Notes: generated by a model not told the origin, from the letters alone. 64,000 bases of DNA from Bacillaceae bacterium (GCA_017656255.1 JACDOE010000010.1:36400-100399); one strand, 5' to 3'; counted from the stretch's first letter, positions 9,035-15,742 are shown. A program made the numbers and translations.

Positions 9035-9061
9035 ATCACAGTAACTTAATACATCTCTAAT

Positions 9062-9562
9062 TTAATTAACCTTCTGATCATAAAACGCAATGGCCTCATC
9101 TATTAATTTTTCAAGATGTGGTTTAAGTTCAATTGCTTTTGATTTAGCTTTGTGTGTGTCATAGCCTAAATCAATTAAAAATGCATATGTACTAACCATT
9201 TCCAAAAACTGAGAACTTTCCTTGACCATAGAATTCAAAAGATCAGTATTAATTTTTAAAGAGTATCCTCCATCAGCTTCTAAAGTTTCTTTAAATGCTT
9301 TCCCCTTCTTAGTAATAGAGTACACATAAGCTTCATCGTTTTTTGATTCAGTTAGAAATCCTTGTTGTACTAAAGTATTTATCTCTTCTTGAAGTTCTGC
9401 AGAATATGGGCCATAAAAGTGGTATTCATACTTAAATGGTAAATCTAATCCGGCTGATTCAAGCAAATGCACCATCTTTTGTACCTTTTTTCGACCGTGT
9501 ACCTTTTTAATTTCATCAAACAGACTCAATAAACTGTAGGCTCCTTCGAACAATTCAATCAC
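9062..9562 (-). CDS. YwgA / SocA(Panacea, DUF4065)-like protein
   Basis: 166 aa. 'KVQKMVHLLESAG...YHFYGPYSAELQEEINTLVQQGFL' resembles the YwgA-type partner of YwfO-type HD proteins. It overlaps the upstream HD gene by 4 nt. Confidence 0.55.
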   Translation of the reverse strand: MIELFEGAYSLLSLFDEIKKVHGRKKVQKMVHLLESAGLDLPFKYEYHFYGPYSAELQEEINTLVQQGFLTESKNDEAYVYSITKKGKAFKETLEADGGYSLKINTDLLNSMVKESSQFLEMVSTYAFLIDLGYDTHKAKSKAIELKPHLEKLIDEAIAFYDQKVN

Positions 9563-10869
9563 CCTCCAAAAATTTCATTTTTATAATCTTCGGGCATAAA
9601 GTATCTATCTATAGAGATTTTTTTATTTCTAATTCCATTAATTATATCAGAGATCACTGATAATTCTGTACCATTTCCGTTATTATCAAATAAAATTATT
9701 TGCTCTGAAGCTTCACGTTCGCCTTCTTTTTCATCCGTTTTGGGCGTATGAAAAATATAGGGATCTTTGTATGAACTACTTTTAGCTTCGTCCATTAGAA
9801 AGTAGTACTTAATTGGAATGCCTTTTTTGTTTGAATATTCGAATACCTCCTGCCAAAACTCCATAGGACTTTTGTCTGGAATGGAAACTGACTTAAAAAA
9901 CTTTCTTCTTAATAGTCGAGTACAAAGATCGCTCAATATCGAATCTTGGTGTCTACTCCATATCGAAATAAAATACCAAATCGTATTATCTGTTAAATTA
10001 ATATAATTATGTAGTGTTTCTTTAAGGTTGCCTTTTTCTGATAAAATCCGAATCAAATCTTCAGGAAATTCAATCTCCTGTTTTTCTTGAAAAATCTCAT
10101 AAGCTCTATTAAATATTTTATCTACTAGTAGTTCAGCGCTCCGAGTTGTTTTGTGAAAATACACATTCATATACATATAGTACCTTGCCATAACAAAATC
10201 TTCGGCTATACTAATACCTTTTTCAAGATCTAACCCTACCTCAATTTGACCATTATATTCACCGATTCTCAATACATTTATCATCCATTCAAGATCGAAT
10301 GAACCGTAGCCTGCACCAGTCATTTTAGAGTCTCTTAATAAATAATCAATTCTATCTGTATCTAACTGACTTGATAACAATTTCACAAGAGCTTTGGATC
10401 TATGAGTTCGTTGAATAACATCAGCAACTTCATCTGGGTCCACATTGTACTTTTTGAGAACGCTATTGATTTCTGTATCCCCACGTATTATTTCTATTGT
10501 CCACTTTTCATGTCTAACGCCAGTTGTTTTTTCTAAAGCATGGGAAAAAGGGCCATGCCCAATATCATGTAGGAGTGCTGCAGTTAATGCTAACATTCTA
10601 TTATCAGCTAGCTCTTGAGAATATTGTTTGTATTGTTCATCCTTTAAGCTACATATCTTATTAATAAATCTTTTAGTTAAATGTGTCACACCAATAGAAT
10701 GAGCAAACCGAGTATGTTCGGCTCCTGGATATGTAAATGACGATAATCCAAGTTGTTTTATATGGCGTAGTCTTTGAAATTCTTGGGTATCTATTAATTC
10801 CAAAAGCAAAGCATCTGATTCTTTATCAAAATGAATAATATTATGTACGGGATCACGAATAGTTTTCAC
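9559..10869 (-). CDS. HD-domain dNTP triphosphohydrolase-like protein (SAMHD1 / EF1143 / YwfO family)
   Basis: 436 aa with 'IRDPVHNIIHF', 'FQRLRHIKQLGLSSFTYPGAEHTRFAHSIGV', 'LLHDIGHGPFSH' and 'DTDRIDYLLRDS'. These are hallmark motifs of the family. Confidence 0.8.
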   Translation of the reverse strand: MKTIRDPVHNIIHFDKESDALLLELIDTQEFQRLRHIKQLGLSSFTYPGAEHTRFAHSIGVTHLTKRFINKICSLKDEQYKQYSQELADNRMLALTAALLHDIGHGPFSHALEKTTGVRHEKWTIEIIRGDTEINSVLKKYNVDPDEVADVIQRTHRSKALVKLLSSQLDTDRIDYLLRDSKMTGAGYGSFDLEWMINVLRIGEYNGQIEVGLDLEKGISIAEDFVMARYYMYMNVYFHKTTRSAELLVDKIFNRAYEIFQEKQEIEFPEDLIRILSEKGNLKETLHNYINLTDNTIWYFISIWSRHQDSILSDLCTRLLRRKFFKSVSIPDKSPMEFWQEVFEYSNKKGIPIKYYFLMDEAKSSSYKDPYIFHTPKTDEKEGEREASEQIILFDNNGNGTELSVISDIINGIRNKKISIDRYFMPEDYKNEIFGG

Positions 10870-10917
10870 ATTATCACCCCATTATAAAACTCTTTAATTA
10901 TTATCTAACTCGACAAA

Positions 10918-11556
10918 CTAGAATGCATTGTGTTTTCCCATTTGTCTCAGTACTTCTAATCTATCTAAACAACTTGTACATAATAAGCAATGTCGATCCC
11001 CTAAAGCATTACAAGAAAAGGTTTTTTCTATTGGTACTGACATGTTAATTGCCTCATCAATTACAATCTGTCTGTCTAAACCCACAAATGGAGTGATCAA
11101 TTCAAATTCATGAAGTGATTCTGAAAGAGTAGTAGATATGCTCTCTATAAATGACTTACTTGTATCCTTATAAGATCTTGACCCAGTCACACCTATTGCT
11201 ATTTTTCGTATATCGTTTTTATACGCATATGCTCCAGCCAAAGATATTAAAATCATATTTCTGTTCGGAAAAAACTCGGTATTAAACCATTCTTCTGCTG
11301 AATATCCTGATTGAGGACTATCCCCCACAAGTGATCCAGAGCCAAGGTGCTTCATATTAGAAATGTCTAAAAATAAGACTTTATCCGCATACTCATTTCC
11401 TATTATTGATTTAATTGCTCTAATTTCGCCAGACACTGTTACTTGCCCATAGTTAATATGAATAGGGAATATATCGTATTTTCTTTTTCGCAACCAATAA
11501 TAAAGAACAACAGAATCAATGCCCCCTGATAATAATAATACGACTTTTTTTCTCAT
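10918..11556 (-). CDS. QueC-like PP-loop ATPase (7-cyano-7-deazaguanine synthase family, divergent)
   Basis: 212 aa with the 'LLLSGGIDS' PP-loop, 'INYGQ', 'FFPNRNMILISLAG' and a C-terminal Cys cluster 'SCNALGDRHCLLCTSCLDR'. Co-linear with QueC. Its start overlaps the upstream stop (ATGA). Confidence 0.75.
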   Translation of the reverse strand: MRKKVVLLLSGGIDSVVLYYWLRKRKYDIFPIHINYGQVTVSGEIRAIKSIIGNEYADKVLFLDISNMKHLGSGSLVGDSPQSGYSAEEWFNTEFFPNRNMILISLAGAYAYKNDIRKIAIGVTGSRSYKDTSKSFIESISTTLSESLHEFELITPFVGLDRQIVIDEAINMSVPIEKTFSCNALGDRHCLLCTSCLDRLEVLRQMGKHNAF

Positions 11557-12818
11557 AATATATACAACTTCTCTATTAATTCTTCAATAGATTCAACTAT
11601 AACATTACAACCATAAACTAGCATATTATTTAATTCAAACTGTGAGGTTTTTAAAGCAATTATAGGGATACCTCTTTCATAAGCAAACCCAACTTCAAAA
11701 CATGTACCCGGATCATTATGATCTAACAATGCTACCACAACATCAGATTGTCTTATCAAGTCAAGATCTTTATCAAAAATATTTTTGCGTTCATCCATTG
11801 GTGTGTCTTTCTTTATAATTCCATTTTCTCGTAGAGGTGATAAAACTTTAAATCCACAATTTTCTATTCTATTCGTTATTAATTTAACCCAATCCTCTTC
11901 CTGTTTACTAAAAAATGGACCTGCCAAGTAAACGCTTTTGTCTGAATTACCAGATACAACAATTTCTCTTCTGTCCATATCTTCTTCTACCGCTACTCTA
12001 TTTATTATATTTTCAATTGTAAAATTCTCAATGAAGTTAGCAGCAACACAACTTGCTAACCTCGTACTATACTCAATATCCCTCGTCCTGAGAAATGTAG
12101 CAGCTAATGCACCACCAAAAACATCACCAGAGCCTAAAGTGCATTTAACATTACTTTTATACGCCGGTATATGTATAGTCTTTCCTTCGTTTACTAGAAT
12201 ACAACCTTTATATCCTCTTTTTACGATTATGTACTTAGGCCCCATATGAATTAACTTTTCAATAGCATTCTCTAAAGTATTTGCTTGAGTTAATAATAAA
12301 ACCTCTTCCTCATTTACTAAAAGTACAGATACATATTCTAAAATTTTTCTAGCATCATGAATTGATTTGCTATTTGGTTTTGGGTCAAGAAAAACAGGAA
12401 TATTTTTTTCACATGCTTGCTTACATAAATCTTCCGGAAGCGAGTGATCCACTGGAAATACTAAGATACCCTCACATTCATCACTTAGCTGTGGATTATA
12501 TTCAATACCGATTTTAACATCTATCAAAGGAGTACTTTTTTTAACTTCATAAGCTTTATAACCTTTTACTAAATATTTTGGCAGACAATAATTTTCCATA
12601 TATTTAGCACTCGAAAAACTTACACCCATTAAGTTCCATATTTTTATACTATATGAATCGATTTCGGGCCCGTATACTGTCATAAACTCAACATTGATGC
12701 CTTGTTTTGCTGCAGATATTGATGCATATAAACCGGCTCCCCCAAATCTATCGATAATCTTTGTATCATAATCTAATAATAAGTCAATACCTATCTCTCC
12801 GTATACAGCAATATTCAT
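11553..12818 (-). CDS. fusion protein: PfkB-family sugar/nucleoside kinase + nucleoside 2-deoxyribosyltransferase-like domain
   Basis: The N-terminal part has 'GGAGLYASISAAKQG' and 'TLGSGDVFGGALAA' (PfkB signatures). The C-terminal part has 'VYLAGPFFS' and 'DPGTCFEVGFAYERGIPIIAL' (NDT/DNPH1-type motifs). I chose the start at 12818 (MNIAVYG...) because it sits 5 nt after GTGAGGTGA. Confidence 0.75.
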   Translation of the reverse strand: MNIAVYGEIGIDLLLDYDTKIIDRFGGAGLYASISAAKQGINVEFMTVYGPEIDSYSIKIWNLMGVSFSSAKYMENYCLPKYLVKGYKAYEVKKSTPLIDVKIGIEYNPQLSDECEGILVFPVDHSLPEDLCKQACEKNIPVFLDPKPNSKSIHDARKILEYVSVLLVNEEEVLLLTQANTLENAIEKLIHMGPKYIIVKRGYKGCILVNEGKTIHIPAYKSNVKCTLGSGDVFGGALAATFLRTRDIEYSTRLASCVAANFIENFTIENIINRVAVEEDMDRREIVVSGNSDKSVYLAGPFFSKQEEDWVKLITNRIENCGFKVLSPLRENGIIKKDTPMDERKNIFDKDLDLIRQSDVVVALLDHNDPGTCFEVGFAYERGIPIIALKTSQFELNNMLVYGCNVIVESIEELIEKLYIL

Positions 12819-12823
12819 CGGTA

Positions 12824-13534
12824 TCACCTCACGAATTGAAAGTATCCGTTTCTCCCTAATATCCATAATAAATAGTCCATCTTACCTAAAGGCACTCCAA
12901 TCTTCAAGCAAATAATTCGTAATGCTTCTTCATATTGTAAGTAAACCTTTTCTGTTATGTTTTTAGGAATATTATATCCTAAGTAACCAAGAAATCTTAG
13001 TATATGGATATCCAGTACTGCACAATCATTATTAAATCCTGTATTCCTTAATAGCCAACTAGCTGATTTCATGCCAATACCTGGACATTCACATAGCCAT
13101 GTTCTAGCATCAAATGAATTAAGTTCATTAAGTTTATCAAATAATCTCCAGTGACAGTTCTCCCAAAGCCAATATCCAGCCTTGGATATAACCTTAGGCT
13201 TCGTTTCCACAAATCTATATTTTCTGAACTGGCCGTTACAAGTAATGGGATAAAACTGCTTTTTTGATAACTCTCTCTTTATTACATTTTCAATTATATA
13301 TAAGTTAGATATAGAGGAATAATATTTTGCTTCGATTAACCCTTTATTCTTTAATACATGTAAACCTGATTTGTTTAACTCATAACTGATTCCAAATCCT
13401 CCAAGAACTACGAAAAAAAATTCATCTATAACTTGTTCATTAGATTTTGAAACAAACGAAAACTCTCTTTCAATTGCAATACCATAAGTTTCCCAAAGTT
13501 CTTTTAACACATTGAATGCTCTAGTATTTTCCAT
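12824..13534 (-). CDS. Ogg2/AGOG-like HhH-GPD DNA glycosylase (N-glycosylase/DNA lyase type)
   Basis: 236 aa. 'CPGIGMKSASWLLRNTGFNNDCAVLDIHILRFL' shows a helix-hairpin-helix with the Lys and downstream Asp arrangement of bifunctional Ogg2-type enzymes. Confidence 0.65.
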   Translation of the reverse strand: MENTRAFNVLKELWETYGIAIEREFSFVSKSNEQVIDEFFFVVLGGFGISYELNKSGLHVLKNKGLIEAKYYSSISNLYIIENVIKRELSKKQFYPITCNGQFRKYRFVETKPKVISKAGYWLWENCHWRLFDKLNELNSFDARTWLCECPGIGMKSASWLLRNTGFNNDCAVLDIHILRFLGYLGYNIPKNITEKVYLQYEEALRIICLKIGVPLGKMDYLLWILGRNGYFQFVR

Positions 13535-13540
13535 ATCACT

Positions 13541-13891
13541 TTACGCCTCTACCTCTACTGTAACCTTCGGGTCATGTTGATTCCCTTCTTTTTTTATTAC
13601 AACCCCCTTGTATTCCCACCCTTCTTCAATACATTTTAAGAGCCAACTGTATTTTGGAGGAACGACCCCTATACTAAAATTATCTTTTTCTTTTTTTACT
13701 TCCATGACCGGCAATGTATCATCATTTCTTAAGATAATAGACACTTCATCATTCACAGAAACATTTCTCCACACTGCTTTTTGATTCTCATTAACAATTA
13801 ATAAAATTGTAACTTTTTCACCGCATCTATTTACTGTTTTTCCAGTTCCTCCTCCAAAACCACCAAATGATGAAAAGCCACCACTTCCCAT
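13541..13891 (-). CDS. small protein with Gly/Phe/Ser-rich N-terminus and beta-rich body (possibly HIRAN-like); first gene of the operon
   Basis: 116 aa beginning 'MGSGGFSSFGGFGGGTGK'. Strong AAGGAGGA RBS. Its stop lies 6 nt before the next start. No family was recognised with confidence. Confidence 0.55.
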   Translation of the reverse strand: MGSGGFSSFGGFGGGTGKTVNRCGEKVTILLIVNENQKAVWRNVSVNDEVSIILRNDDTLPVMEVKKEKDNFSIGVVPPKYSWLLKCIEEGWEYKGVVIKKEGNQHDPKVTVEVEA

Positions 13892-14024
13892 ATAAATCCT
13901 CCTTACTAGTTATTTTTTTTTTTGCAATCTTTATAATACTCCAAAACTATTTATATTTAAATTAAATGAAATCTCATTTTGATCACTTCTTTTGTAAATT
14001 GTCTAATGTGCTTAGAATATGTTA

Positions 14025-14860
14025 TTATTTCTCTAGACCAAATTCTCTTTTTAATTTATTAAAGTCATATTCTTTTATTTCGATTGGGATACTAAGGTTC
14101 TTAAGTTTTGACATCAAATCGCTTTTATTAACAACAGGTTTGTCCTCGTAAACAATTGCGAATATCAATTTAAAATTATTTATTGAAGCACTGTCTAAAT
14201 TTTTAGCTGTCTGATATAACGATTCAATAACATTACGAGTTAACTTACCTCGTTTATTATATTTTATCTCAAATCCATAAGTTGAATTATCAGTTTTACT
14301 AATACCATCAATTTCAATTAACTTATCAGAAGATTTAAATGCCATGTGTCTCTGAATAGGAATTTTAAATTCTTGTTCAAGTTTCCTAAACACCAAATCT
14401 TCAGCTAAAAAGTATTGCATTTTGGGATCAACAGTCACTTTGGAAGGCATGTCTAACGTACCCGCTTTATCCTCTTCAATATTATTATCACTAGAAGATT
14501 CTTCAAGCTCTGCTTCTGCTTTCTTTCTTTGTGAATCACTAGTTAATTTTAAGAAATTCCCTTCATCCTTAAAATCACTTGGCGCATATAATTTGGTATG
14601 ATAAAAATCACAAGTCTATAAAATGTAAATAAAACAAGTAAAGGGAAAATTACTATGAAACACACAAGGAACCATTTTTGAGAAACATTTAATTCCGAAC
14701 TAAATTGAAGTACTAATGCTGCTATTCCATAAATTAGTGATATAAATAATGCAATGATACCTAAGGGGTTCTTTGTAAAACCTGATGCACTTCTCGTGAA
14801 TTCTATTATTATCGCTCACCTTCCTTGTAAAAATTTTAAAATGATGCCAACGTTACTCAT
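14025..14860 (-). pseudogene. disrupted membrane-anchored PD-(D/E)xK-like protein
   Basis: The ATG at 14860 begins 'MSNVGIILKFLQGR'. An in-frame TGA follows at 14816-14818. Two hydrophobic helices come next, then a frame change at a T-run near 14600-14610. After that the frame runs into the 141-aa ORF 14025-14450, which has 'IEIDGIS...YGFEIKY'. Confidence 0.5.
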
Positions 14861-15283
14861 TCTTAATACCAATCCAAATCATATCCGTGGACAAAAATGG
14901 CTGGAAAATATAAAACATGTCTGAGTATCAAAAAATTAATCTTTTAATATAACATTCTTCTCTTTTTTCTCATTAACTCCTCCTAGCTTTTGTGCACACC
15001 AATATATTAAAAAACAATCTTCAAAACTATACTTACTCCTTTTAGATCAAAGATCAAAAAATCCCTAACAAAAAAATTAGTGTTTATTCTCAATTGTATT
15101 TCGGTAAAAAAACAGATAATCCCTTTTAGGACAAATAAAAAATAATTAGTAAGGATATCACTCTATACTATATACTTATCTGAATTAATAGGTTTAATTG
15201 GTTTTATAATTATCTTCTTTTAGCTATTTGAAACCCCCCCTGACCCAGCACCACACCAGCATTCTTCCGACATCGCTTCGTGT

Positions 15284-15523
15284 TCACAACCTCTTGACGA
15301 TATGCGCCACCAGGCGAAGGTTATGTTCGATCAGCATATTTCGCGCCTCAACATCTCCCTGTTCCATCAAGCGTAAGTATTTCTCCTCGTCTTCTTCCGA
15401 CAGTGGCTGGGGAAAGGCATTGTTCTTGACGTAGGAGACGAACAGAATCAGTTCTTTGTACAGAAGCGCCAGTAACCCGAGCAGTCCAGACACCCGATCC
15501 CACCTCCAGGAATAGTGCTTCAT
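15284..15523 (-). pseudogene. sigK: sigK 5' fragment (codons 1-77, then 'RL' and a stop)
   Basis: The 79-aa ORF matches intact SigK through '...[10 protein letters not shown]'. Homology ends at 15292. Confidence 0.9.
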
Positions 15524-15561
15524 TTATGCCTATTCCCTTTTGGGCTTGTTTGTGTCTGTAC
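15292..15561. repeat. 270-bp direct repeat (partner at 8656-8925)
   Basis: See the feature at 8656-8925. Confidence 0.9.
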
Positions 15562-15669
15562 CGGAGATTTGTTTTTGCTCTTTTGTTAAAAACTGTTTAA
15601 GCATTTTTAACACTAGCGTTCTCAAATAAATTTAATGTTTCTGTCCTTCACTTCTTTTTTCTACAAGTA

Positions 15670-15710
15670 AACAAACATCCCGCAATACCTTAATAGTAAT
15701 GCGGGATATT
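15670..15710 (-). terminator. terminator of the Hen1-Pnkp operon
   Basis: 'ATCCCGCA-15 nt loop-TGCGGGAT', followed on the minus strand by 'gtttgttt'. Confidence 0.5.
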
Positions 15711-15742
15711 ATGAGAACCTTTTAGACATACCCTTCTTTACC

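Larger units (their letters stand above)
8926..15291. mobile_element. AT-rich cargo segment B, bracketed by the 270-bp sigK 5' direct repeats; no recombinase
   Basis: Abrupt loss of sigK homology at both junctions. GC is low by eye. All genes are co-oriented with sigK. Confidence 0.55.

Noticed and set aside
9062-13891. Whether the QueC-like + OGG-like pair marks a type IV CBASS, a QatABCD system or a Dpd 7-deazaguanine DNA-modification system
   Set aside because: I could find no CD-NTase-like, TGT/DpdA-like, QatA ATPase, TatD-like, or FolE/QueD/QueE ORF in the segment or its flanks. The assignment to a known system is rejected, and the cluster is reported as unassigned instead.
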